Assembly (NCBI RefSeq): GCF_001194135.2
Contig: NC_068992.1
Location: 56,548,725-56,612,724, forward strand
DNA length: 64,000 nt
From: Octopus bimaculoides
Taxonomy: Eukaryota
Direction of reading: 5' to 3'
Part shown: one piece after another, positions 52,301-64,000 of the stretch
Layout of the letters: the number at the start of each line of letters is the position of its first letter
How positions within the stretch are numbered: position 1 is the first letter of the stretch
The notes under the pieces: generated by a model
What the model saw: the letters and a program-made list of their open reading frames with translations, nothing else
Databases searched by the model: none
What the model was told of the DNA's origin: nothing
Translations under genes and position numbers: made by a program

Positions 52301-52799
52301 CTCCACCTCTGCTTGTTAGCATGGAATAATTTTAAAATTATGATTGCCAACTGACATCCAATTAAGTACTATAATAGCTAAGAAAATACTAAGATTACTA
52401 AATGGAAGTTTATAAACAGATCATATTTACTTAGGATATTATGAATATTGATCGCTGCTGTAGTTTAGAACTTGGTTAGTTCTGATTCTGTAGACGTATA
52501 ATCAATGCAATTTAATAAGTGACAGTCACGTAGTTTTGTTGATTTAGATGTATATTGTGTAGCATGTTCTGGTTTAAAAGACAATCTTGTGTGATTCTAA
52601 AGAATGCTGCTGCTCTGTCTAGTAAGGCGGGTGATTACGTAGAACCTCATTAGTTTTCGTGTATCAGCGTTCGTAATTTTCGTTCATAGATGATGTAAGA
52701 AATATTGTGGGTTGCCTATCTCCACGTGGTTCAACTACCGAAATGTTTATAGTAATATTTACTAGAAATTATTATTCAAAATGCTACAAGACATCGGCG

Positions 52800-53102
52800 T
52801 TATGTAATTTTGGGCAATCGGACGACCCTGTTGTCAAGATATGGGAATTCGTGATCGTCTGATTCCTTGACAATAGCACAAACACAAGGATGAGACAAGG
52901 AAGAGGAAATCTGTATGTGACTACTCAAAATGCTAGAAATAGCAAGCATATCATCCTTAAACTGCTCCATAACTTCAAAAAACAAAAAGAGGACTCTACT
53001 GACTGTGGCACAACACCGTATATTTCCTCTCTTGAAGTAGGCGCAAGTTCTTTCCACTAGTTGAGTGGTATCAAGAGCATTAAAATAAAAGTCAATGTTC
53101 AC
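52800..53102 (-). pseudogene. Decayed Penelope-like reverse transcriptase fragment
   Basis: 100-aa ORF with FKDDMLAI...SHP-x14-PYLDNRVVR. This parallels the PLE RT pattern YVDD(I/T)F.I...N..HP-x14-PFLDVLV.R, including the HP-to-PFLD spacing. Confidence 0.5.
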
Positions 53103-54989
53103 GTTTGTAATCTTTTATTGAACTCACGGCCCTTAAAGCATTTCCTGGGCACTGCACTTCGATTCTAAATATACTTAGTCTTTTCATATGACATAACTGC
53201 AAACAATGCATTTATTCTATTTATTATTACAAACGCTTACTAGGTTGCGAGCTGGTAGAATTGTGACCGTGAGAGACTGCACAAAGGTTTCATCACCGTT
53301 GTTTCGTCCTTGTGTGTGTTCTGTTTCCAAAGAGACAAACAACGATGACGTATATGGACTCAATGAAGGCGTCCGACAGGATAAATTTACATAACTTTAA
53401 AGTCATGTAACCTTTTATAATAACAGTTTTTTGAAAAAGGAAAATGAAATCGGTTTTCCTGAAAAGCAGGCAAGACTACATCAGTATATAAAATCAAAAA
53501 ATGGTAATGACAATTTGAAAAAAGATTGTAGTGCTTGGAAAGAATTTTAAAATATCCTAGACCTCATCCGACATTTCAGTGTTGCTAATTTTCTTCATAT
53601 GCGGAAACGTCAATAGTACTTTTCAGAAGAACGTATGTAAATTCAGAAATCCAGAAGGCATAACTAAACACCTTTCCCGTTACACTATTGTCGTATAGAG
53701 TTTATTTCATACGAATAGGTTTTTGTTTGATCAGAACATGTATATGTATATGTGTCATAAGGAGTAACCGTTTTAAGTCTAATCGCAGTTTGGTTTCTAT
53801 ATTCATGTAAATTCTTCTAATTAGATATTTTCTTTCTTGGCGCTTTAGTTTTAATGGTGGTAACATTTTGGCTAAAGACAGCAAATTACGTTGAATTGAT
53901 AATTGAGATGGTAATTTCGAACCTGAAGTGGCGAAATGTTATTATAAGAACAGTTTAATGTTGGCAAAGAGAATTATTAAAAATTGTCGATTTTGCACAG
54001 GCATTTAAGATTTCGTGTTGTTGATCGGAAACAGCTATGTCAAATCAGCGCTGTATTTTGATAGCGTTATTGAAAACTACGCTACGTTGTAATCGATTAT
54101 TACTACATATTTCAAATACCAGGTTACTTCACTTGACATCCCATCATGCATCATTAAAATGTCAGCATTCTTTCTACTTCATGTGTCTCTCATATGATGA
54201 ACTTTTCATATCCTTTATCACATACTTATGTCATCAATCAAATCCCTTTTGTTCTGTGTGACACTACTGAAAGTCTTTCACAGAATTTCATTTGACCATA
54301 TTCAATTCGCGGACACTGATGTCTTTGGAATCCTACAGATTCCTCAGGGATGTATTTACGTATTTACTATTCTCAATTATTTGCCTCACAAAAATATGAA
54401 AAAAAGAAAATGTCACTAACAGCGACATAATTTTATTAAATATCTCCCCGACAGATATTCAAAATATTAATGGATATATTTATTAATTACAACTTCGTTT
54501 TTGTATTTGACTTCAAAGCTTCTTGACATGACAACGGGTGTAAGAACAAATTTTGTTCCGTTACTGGGCTGTCATTTTTGCCAAAAGAAACACACGCACT
54601 GGTTATATTTAACCTTTTCATATAAATCTTTAGTTAAGTATCAAAATAATTAACTAATCGATTCTTAGGTAAACCTTTCCATTAATCAACCAATCAGCTA
54701 GTTTCTTACAGTTCTTTTGTCGCCAATGTTTCCTCAGCATTATATCGCAGGATGGGTGACGTATTTGCTTCACATTCATATCGGTGATTACTACAAAGCA
54801 TAAAAGTAGGAAACATGATCTATCATAGCTCACGAAGAATGTTATATCATCTCCATGTTATTGCAAATCCTTTAGAGTCAGCCGACCCCTCTGGTCTTCT
54901 ATAGTTTGGTAACAAGTGCTATACTTTGGCTAGTTATTATAAATGACTATTTAGTTGCAAGGTGATACATATACCCTCTCGACTTGCAC

Positions 54990-55240
54990 ACACTTTGACC
55001 TAAAGATTCCTTCGAATAGCACACACTTTGACCCAAAGATTCATCCAGAATTTGGCAGCTGGAAGAGGAGAAAGCTGCACACACACAATTGGTTCACAGC
55101 CACAGCTGAGTAGACTGAAGTAACGTAAAATTAACAGCCTTGCTCAAGAACAGAACGCGTCAGCCGGTCCCGAAATTGAACCCACCGCATAATGATCCAG
55201 AGATGAACATTTTAACCACTAGGCAACGCATTTTACATGC
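54990..55240 (-). mobile_element. SINE family C-like head with a different 3' part
   Basis: ccttgctcaagaacagaacgcg..gccggtccc.aaattgaaccc..taaccactaggcaacgc; 33-bp tandem duplication at about 54986-55046. Confidence 0.5.
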
Positions 55241-57070
55241 AAATCTTAAAATGTCTGCAATTTACATTAAATATTTGGAGCCAAGTAGCAAATTTGCTAC
55301 GGCTAATATTCGCTCGCTTGAATATATTTCATAACACTATTCATGTAATGTTTCATCTGTTACAGCTGTGAAACTAATGTCCTTATATACTGTGAGTTTT
55401 AAGTTATCGCACATCATTCTCTCTGCAGCAGAACTTTATTAAATATACTCTTTGAATTTAGACCACATGCAATTCCAGCCTCAGCCACCAGTTGAAAAGC
55501 AATTGTGATTAATAAAAACTTGTCGTTTATTCCGTCTTTCGTATTTCATTTTACCATATATATNNNNNNNNNNNNNNNNNNNNNNNNNNNNNNNNNNNNN
55601 NNNNNNNNNNNNNNNNNNNNNNNNNNNNNNNNNNNNNNNNNNNNNNNNNNNNNNNNNNNNNNNNNNNNNNNNNNNNNNNNNNNNNNNNNNNNNNNNNNNN
55701 NNNNNNNNNNNNNNNNNNNNNNNNNNNNNNNNNNNNNNNNNNNNNNNNNNNNNNNNNNNNNNNNNNNNNNNNNNNNNNNNNNNNNNNNNNNNNNNNNNNN
55801 NNNNNNNNTATATATATATATATATTTATATATGCCTCAAATTTCATTAGTACTATCGTACGAACCTCGAGGGTCTTGAGTCAGTTATTTCAAGCCGCAG
55901 CTAATGAATAAAAGATAAATAGTTTAAACTATAATTTATGTATTGAATTCTATTTTCCTGTTTATATTGTCAAGTACATATAGGCGCACACAAAACAGTT
56001 CATCGACAATCGCACATACAAATACAAAACAGAAACATGTTGCATAATATTATTCACATTCCATATGTTATATCCTGTAAAGTTATTAGATTTTTCAACA
56101 AGAGAGGCGTGTGAAACAAGCAAAATTTATTGAAATTACGATGTTTGTAAAATTCTGTGGATTGTTGATCTAATTAAGATTACAATATATTGAATAATGT
56201 ATTAAATTAGCTATTGATTACTTTTTAAATATACATGCCAAAACAATAAAAAATATGGTGGAGTGTAGTACATTTCTGATATTTATAATATTGAACATTA
56301 TAGAATTTCAGTGAATGCTACCATTGGTTTCCAGAATCCATACAAATAAATGCAGCGTTTATAAAGTTTACTGAAACAGAATCAGATTTTCTCTTGCGTT
56401 TTTCTTCTTTCCATTAAGTTTTCTGTCTCGTGAAAGTAATTTTTCTATTAAATGAACTGAATGCAATTCTGCAACTTAGATAATCGAGTATATTATTAAA
56501 TGAAAGTTAAATATTATTGGAGACACAAGAAGTTTGTTTTTCACTTGCTTATCAGCTAGAAGCTACATAATACTTTATAAATGTTAGGTCAACAACACAA
56601 CACGTCTCAAACTCCTTGACAGTATCATATCGTTATATTGTTTCCAGAAAAATATACCTTAAGCATAATAACAATCTCTATCACGAAGTGCGTTTTATTT
56701 TGTTCTAACATAAAATTGATTTTAATACGATATATTTCCCAAGGAGAGTGAATGGATAAAAATTGATTCAATACTGGGAGAATGCCATGTATTATGCAGC
56801 TAGATTGGTTAAAGTTCTGAACGAAAATATTACCGGGGTCAGCTTTAACTTTCATCTTTCCCAGGGGCGATTAACAACATACAAAACTGTAAAATTCTAT
56901 AGTCGATCGAATTGATCATGCTCATGCGCAAATCTTGTGCACTTGTGACCTCTTTGTAACACGTGAGGCATATTTTGTACAATATGTGTGTGTGTTTGTT
57001 TGATTACACACACACACGCACACACGCATATATACAATGTGTGCGTGTGTGTATGTCTTTATTTCTTTCT

Positions 57071-57111
<41 letters not shown>

Positions 57112-57332
57112 ATTTAATGCAATCATAACACAACATATGTAGATCAAATCAGTAGAGACACTGGATGCTTCTACAAAGACCTGTCGCCGCTAATGTAGGG
57201 AGCGAGATGGATGGTATGTGCAGGTTGAAAGATATCCGAGCAAGCTCGACCAAATTATTGGTGGAAAATGTAAACGGTATTAAAATAGAGCTGCTAATAT
57301 AATAGTTTCTTGCCATGGAGATACTATTATAC

Positions 57333-57520
57333 AGATTTACATGACGTGCCTTGTATTCCTCCCAGTAATCCTCAAGCTCAGGGCACATGTTTAGACCTAT
57401 TTGAAATCCAGAACGCTGGTATCTTCTCATGTTCCAGCGTACTGGTTTTCAAAAATAACTAACCATGTGCCCTGGACCTGAGGGTTTCTTGGAGACACAC
57501 AAGGAACATTATATAAATCT
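57333..57520. repeat. Long ungapped imperfect palindrome (87-bp arms, 14-nt loop)
   Basis: 57333-57419 versus the reverse complement of 57434-57520: 67 of 87 matches with no indels. Confidence 0.85.
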
Positions 57521-57618
57521 ACCTATTTACAGTGTATCTATTCTAAACTGTGTACATTAAATAATATTTATCTCTCGTTGGATGGAGTGCTTTTTTTGGT
57601 GACACAACTTTAAAGGAA

Positions 57619-57648
<30 letters not shown>

Positions 57649-57654
<6 letters not shown>

Positions 57655-57849
57655 GAGAATATACAAAAAATAACAACAGACGAGGACAGGTGGTGTAAAT
57701 AACAAAAGTATATATTAGTATGACGCTCGGGAATACGGAAAGTCTTTGACGTTTCGAGCTACGCTCTTCAACAGAAAGAATACGGAGACAAGGAGAAAAA
57801 CACGGAGAAAAAAAAAAAATTGAATAGTGTTCAGTCAACGGTCAATCAT
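57649..57849 (-). mobile_element. Penelope-like element terminal fragment, copy B, embedded in a (TA)n tract
   Basis: Near-identical to 30469-30675. (TA)n on both sides (about 57623-57651 and 57851-57863). Confidence 0.7.
57743..57779 (-). ncRNA. Minimal type I hammerhead-ribozyme-like motif, identical to 30565-30601
   Basis: Same 37-nt sequence as in copy A. Confidence 0.55.
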
Positions 57850-57861
57850 AATATATATATA

Positions 57862-57935
57862 TACACGAGAGTAGTTCAAAAATTAAACGCACTCTTGTTT
57901 CAGCAGTATATTAAAACAAAAGCAGGGCTTAAAAA
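57862..57935 (+). mobile_element. Mariner-like TIR end fragment
   Basis: TACACGAGAGTAGTTCAAAAATTAAACGCAC resembles the TACGAGGG..TTCAAAAAGT class of mariner termini and starts at a TA tract. Confidence 0.35.
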
Positions 57936-58399
57936 ATTCAATCATCAGCGCCATCAACATTACCAAGAGGACCAATACAAGAAATGCTGTCACCATAATC
58001 ACCCCACCTCCACCACCACAAGAAAGAGTAACAACAACCATTGCGTCATAAAGTAGGAAGAATGGAGTATATAAAGCTGTCGATCAGTGGATATAGGCCT
58101 TATTGTTTGAATTACTAGCTTACTATGGGATTTACAGGATGACAGATGATCTAGAATTACACAAAAACGAACACAACTTTAAAATCTAAAAAATTTAACA
58201 ATTAAGTTCCTTATAAAAGCATAGCAAAAATTGCACTAATTTTTTTTAATGGTTTATTCCAAGGAGGAAGGGTAACATTTGACCCGACGACATGCCACAA
58301 AACCTCTGTACTATAGTATAACCTGATTCTATATAGTGTTTCTAAGCTCCTTCGTAATTATGTGCGCATTTTGGTTTCTTAAAAGTTCTCCGTAGCAAC

Positions 58400-58920
58400 A
58401 GATAGGTGTTCGAATAACCTGATCAGCCAATGTTTTAAGTCTTCAACTTGTTTCCTCCTCCTTTGGGTTTAGCTACAACACGGTTTTCGCTATAGATTTC
58501 GTAATTACTGCAGCGTACGCCGCTGTTTCCAGTAAAAGAGTACAAGAGATTCCTGCATCATGCAGAGATCTAGGCGATGGCGGAATTCTGCCCGTCTTAG
58601 TATGCAACATGGTGGAATCGTTTGAGCTCAAGCGTTAAGCTTCTCATACGCATTTCCATGCAATGTAGAGCTCACTTTGTAACTGGCTAACAATCGGCCC
58701 AATATCATGCCATGGATCATACAATGAGCTCGTACACCTTCGACTGAGAATACGTCAACATACAGTGCCCTCATGGAATAGCCGTAACGTCGCGGAATCC
58801 CTCTAATTTCTCTCCCAAGAGTCGAATAGTTGTATTAGCCTTGGTATAGGATTACATCTTTCATGGATTCCAGTTATGTTGCCTGTTGAAAGGCAATCTG
58901 ATTTACTCAGAGGCATATAA
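58400..58920 (-). pseudogene. Decayed RTE-like LINE fragment
   Basis: GC-richer island. Minus-strand GRLLASYKVSSTLHGNAYEKL, then NDSTML after a frameshift, echoes RTE KGRLY.ACVRS.MLHGSETW...ERN..SML. Confidence 0.35.
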
Positions 58921-59289
58921 AATAACTGATCATAATATCCTAAAATTAATTAGATAGATAATTCTCAATTCATTACAAAATTAACAAGTCTAATTATATA
59001 AACTTAATGGATATGCATTATTCATTTTTAACGAATAGAGTGAAACTCTGATACATCCTATTCCATCCCCGACCTTTTCGTCTTTTTCTCTAGCAGCGAA
59101 CACATTGTTAAATGTATCCATCTTTAAGATAGTAAGATGTGACTGGAGCTATGATAATATAATGCGCAACTTCGTATCGCGTCAGAGAAGTGATGGTAAT
59201 AGTATTACATTATACTAATCATTATTTTCTCATATCTGTTTTATACAATCAATACTTCAACCGTATTGCATAATTCATTCTCATCTTTA

Positions 59290-59482
59290 TACAAGGCAAG
59301 CACTTTGAGGGGAGGGAAAGTTGATTACCTTAACTCCTTGTTCAACTGGTACTTATATTATCGACTCCAAAAGGACGAAAGACAAAGTTGTTCGCAGTGG
59401 GATTTGAACTCAGAGAATAAAAAGGTAGAAAAATACCGTTTAGTGATTTGTTCGGGTCGTTAACAATTCTGCCAGCTCACTT
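59290..59482 (-). mobile_element. SINE family B
   Basis: caactggtactt..atcgactcc.aaagga.gaaagacaaagtt..gatttgaactcaga..aattctgccagctc. Confidence 0.75.
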
Positions 59483-60385
59483 CCCTCAATACGTATAACA
59501 TAATAGTAAGAAAGTGTGATAGTCCAAAAAGCAATTTCATGAATCTCGGGCGCTTTTGTTTACTGCATCGTTAGTTCCGATTGCATATACTTTGATCCCT
59601 TGCACTAAATTGTGACCCTCTCTATGCAATCATTTATTATACATTCAATACAGCTCTGCAACAACTTAGCAAGATTTATTTTTCTTTACTGCAACGTAAT
59701 TAACATTTAATAAATTCCATTATTTTCAATATTTAATGATAGTTTAATAAATTCTCCCCCAGACAAATCTCATCTGGATACGAAATTAGTGTGAAAGTCG
59801 ACAATGAAGACGGTTTAATTAATTGCTGTATACTCTTAGGCTCATTTCTTGATAATTAATATACAAAGTTCATGTATACTTCGACTTGCCATCAACTGAT
59901 CATGAATGAATCATGTTATATTGCATTGAGTCTACATGATTAGGAAATAATGCCGAGGTTTAAACTGTAAATCTTTCCCTGGCAACAATTATTAACTGAT
60001 GAAATAATTATCTATTCTTATGATAATGTCATGAAACGAAACGTCTAAAGTAGCGACGCGTGTTAACATATAATAACCCTGTGTTCAATATCGTGAAGGA
60101 CTTAACAAAACTTAAGTGATTTATCTCGTGCAAAGTTCCTGTCATTCGGCATTATATAGAACAAAAAATATATAATAAATTTTAAAATAGTGTGAGGGAA
60201 ATACGTAAAGTTGTACTATAACCCTGTCTAGAGTAGCGAGAAGTTGCAAATGCTAAAAAATACGTAATGCCTTTAAAATCAATAACGGCATATCAACTAT
60301 ATGCAAAATAATCTGGTATCCCTACCATCTTTACCGCCATTTTACATTTTAACAAAAAAGAAAAAGTATATATGCAATTAAACAA

Positions 60386-60467
<82 letters not shown>

Positions 60468-60788
60468 CTGTACATATATATATCTGTACATATATATATA
60501 TATCTGTACATATATACATATGTTGAGGGATAATAGTAATAATGGTACACTCCTCCCACGTGACGAGTTGTATGTTCTAGTCGTTACAAGTAAGGTGACG
60601 TCGGTCAGTATGGAGAGAGTACGATGTAGACGGTCATAGATAGTCGTTGTCTTACTTTTCTTACTAACTATGCTGCCATACTAGAACGGGCGTGATAACA
60701 TTTCGACATAAAAGATAATAACACTATATTTCTACATATGTGTATGTACGTCCACACACAAACACACACACACAGACACACACATATA

Positions 60789-60828
<40 letters not shown>

Positions 60829-61614
60829 TAGACATAGGCAGACTCACACACACACACACACACAAACACACATTTATATAACCGCAAATAATTATGCTAT
60901 TATACCCCAAATACCGATTGAAGCGACGAAGAGAAGGAGTAACGAAAATTCAGAAGGAATGGAAGAAAAAGGAAATTATAATAATTTCATTTTTTTAGCT
61001 TCATTTTTCATCCTTTATTTTTTTTTAGCTTCATTCAAAATGCAAAAAAAGAAAATTAAATTATTAGCTGAGAACTTGATTGTTTGGTTTAGCTTTGAGG
61101 CTTTTCTATGTCTTCGTGGCTAAACTATATTATTAACACGTACACTAGAAAAGAACGTGCTGTGCATGTATTCTTATCTGTTGATAAGACATAGTGTAGT
61201 GAACGATTTACTAAATGAAGCAGCAAGGCTTCAGAAAAAAAATTTATAATTATTTTATGTAATTGCAATTACGCTGTTAAGTGACTAATAGTGGTATACT
61301 GAGCTATTGCTGGGGCTACAATCTTAGCCATGCACATTTTTCTTTAGTTTCATTTTATTTCTGTTTCATGAATTTATTTTGTCCGCCCCAAAAGGACTTC
61401 AACAATTGTTATTTCAATCACGTGATCTAAAGCATTAGCCATATTACAATGAGGAGAATTTTCTTAAATGTATTCTTAACACGCATACAAATAGATTTAG
61501 CATCATATATATATATGTATATATAATTTTTTACATCCCAATAACCTAAGAGTTCAGCATAAGACAACGATAGTATTAAAACCAGATTTAAAAACAAAAA
61601 ACAAAAACAAAATA

Positions 61615-61680
61615 AACTTCTCGTCGGTGGCCCGGTAGGCCGCAGTCTAGTGACTGAAACAAGTAAGAACTAAGAGGTAA
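61615..61680 (+). mobile_element. SINE family A extreme 3' stub
   Basis: ggccgcagtctagtgactgaaacaagtaaga. Confidence 0.5.
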
Positions 61681-62027
61681 AAGGTAATTATATTATTTAT
61701 GTGCATGACAACCTTGCCTTTGTAAACGATGAATTACTTCGTTGAGCACTTAATGTAAACTATTTCGCAAGTTTTAAAAATCTGATTAACTTAAATATTT
61801 TCAATCTCTTCCATTTTAATACCTTAAGCAACAACACTGCAACAACTACGATTGCTTGTAAATGAGATTTAGTAATTTACCAAAGTAAAAATAAGAAAAT
61901 AAAAAGTAAACCATATAATTGTTTTTAACAGAATTTGATGTAAAGATGTTGAAAGGATATTTAAATCGCCCAAGACTGTATAATTCACACACATTTATTA
62001 TTTCTTTATCTAAGTCAGCTTACATCA

Positions 62028-62125
62028 CACATACATACATACATACATACATACAAGCATGCATGCATGCATACATACATACATACATACATACATACAT
62101 ACTTACATAATACATATATATATGC

Positions 62126-62217
<92 letters not shown>

Positions 62218-62500
62218 GTATATATACATATATATACATACATATATATATATATACATGCATACATATAAATATATATATATGTATATATATATACATA
62301 TATTTATATATGTATATGTGTATGTGTATATATATATATGTGTGCATATATATAAATGTATGTGTTTATATATGGGTGTATACATGTATATATGCTTGTA
62401 TGTCTATGCATATATATATATTTTCATATGTATATTTACATATATATGTGAATGTGTGTGTTTGTGTGTGTAATTATTTGTATGCGTACATGTGTATAAC
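62028..62500. repeat. Long compound (CATA)n/(TA)n/(TG)n array
   Basis: Direct reading. Confidence 0.95.
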
Positions 62501-63189
62501 ATGTGTGTCCATGTCCAAAACGTAATGTGTCTGAAGGTACAAAATTGAATCTCAATATTACCAATGGATTAAATTGTCGACTGCACTGATTATGTATCCT
62601 ATAATACTATTTTATGTAGCCACTGAAAAAGAAATGAGAGCAATCATTATAATAATAATAATAATACTAATACTAATACTACTACTACTAATAATAATAA
62701 TGATAGTGAAATTAGCAATAAATTATACGATATCTTTAGCAGGTAGCAAACATGTTTAGCATTTCAAATTACGGACGAAAATTAAGAAAAATAAAATAAA
62801 AACTTGAGAAATGATACATGCAAGTTACATTTTTTTTAAACGCATTGATAAATTATACAAGATGATTAGAATATAAATTGAGATGATTTCATACATATTT
62901 AATATGATCAATCTACGTAATTAACCGCGAGCTGGCTAGCAATCTCGCTCCATTTCTGAACACAGATTATCAACAAATTTAGGAAATAAATCAGAATCAT
63001 GAGATTTTGCATAAGTGTTTAGTAAATGTTAGTAGGAATTTTTCCGTTTTTTTTTTGTTTGATTGTATTTTATTATTTTTTTTCAAATCCAAGTAAATGA
63101 AATTCAGAAAATAAATCAGTTGACATTAAACGTTTTTTTTTTTTTTTAATTTTGGGGATCTCGAATTATATACAGTTATAGATAAAGGT

Positions 63190-63377
63190 TTCAAACTGTG
63201 GAGCAGCGCCATCTTTTGGCTGAGGTGAGTGGGGAGATCGATCACATCGATGGTAGAGTCTGAATGGTACTTGTTCTATCAACCTTGAAAGGATAAACGG
63301 TAATGTCGGCGAATTTGAGATCAAAACGTAAGCATTTCGTCCGGAGTACGAACGGTTTTACAAGCCCGCCGCCTTGA
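63190..63377 (-). mobile_element. SINE family B
   Basis: tttcaaac..gatcgatcacatcga..tggtactt..atcaacc.tgaaagga..cggcgaatttga..cccgccgcctt. Confidence 0.65.
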
Positions 63378-63546
63378 TTAGGCTAGAAATAACTGTATGT
63401 AAACCCTTTTGGATAGAAAAATTCGAAGGCAGTTCTTGGAGCTCAAACCTAGATCTGGCGTAGATATGTCGGGCGGTCTAACAGTGGATGTAAGCAACCC
63501 TTCGAGTTTCTCTATTCGAATCTTATAAACTTTATTCTTACTAGTG

Positions 63547-63783
63547 TGGAGGCGCAATAGCCCAGTGGTTAGGGCAGCAGACTCGCGGTCATTGGATCGC
63601 GGTTTCGATTGGGCGGTGTGAGTGTTTATTGAACGAAATCACCTGAAGCTCCACGAGGCTCCTGCAGGGGATGATGGCGAACCCTGCTGTACTCTTCCAC
63701 CACAACTTTCTCTCACTCTTTCTTCCTATTTCTGTTCTACCTGTATTTCAATGGGCCAGCCTTGTCACACTGTGTCACGCTGA
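63547..63783 (+). mobile_element. SINE family D 5' part
   Basis: ggaggcgcaatagcccagtggttagggcagc.gactcgcggtc..ccaccacaactttctctcactctttcttcct..ccttgtcacactgtgtcacgctga. Confidence 0.9.
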
Positions 63784-63879
63784 TAAAATTCCGTGATGCA
63801 TTTTTAAATGCCTTCTAAACACCTTTCATGCTGCAATTGCCTTTGTTTCATCACACTATCTCAGATCAAGTCACTTGTT

Positions 63880-64000
63880 ATTACGAGTGTTTCATTTAAT
63901 CCGATCAAGGAACAGCTTGCACGTTAAATTAACTTGCAGGTAGCTGAGAACTCCACTGACACGTGTACCCTTAACATAGTCCTCAGGGAGATTCAACGTG
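63880..64000 (-). mobile_element. SINE family C/D 3' tail, running off the window
   Basis: gatcaaggaacagc..cacgtgtacccttaac.tagt.ctc.gggagattca.cgtg. Confidence 0.75.

Noticed and set aside
57149-57430. 93-aa minus-strand ORF
   Set aside because: Starts in the loop of the palindrome and overlaps one arm; no recognisable domain.

Overview
AT-rich, repeat-dense eukaryotic non-coding DNA (intronic or intergenic). Its tRNA-derived SINE families and extreme microsatellite load look like a coleoid cephalopod, most likely Octopus; this is inferred from pattern recognition, not a database hit. No intact protein-coding gene can be supported: the long ORFs in the track are microsatellite or N-gap artefacts. 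Contents: (1) dozens of copies of four tRNA-head SINE families, labelled A-D here; (2) four TA-microsatellite-anchored ends of a Penelope-like element (PLE) family, three carrying a minimal type I hammerhead-ribozyme-like fold with a non-canonical CUGUUGA core, plus a separate decayed PLE reverse transcriptase fragment; (3) relics of mariner transposase and TIRs and of RTE-like LINEs; (4) two unexplained inverted-repeat elements (19.5-20.0 kb and 57.3-57.5 kb); (5) many di-, tri- and tetranucleotide arrays and 19 assembly gaps (about 5.7 kb), almost all bordered by simple repeats. The most interesting signal is the PLE-associated hammerhead variant. All alignments were done by eye, and boundaries of old repeats are approximate.
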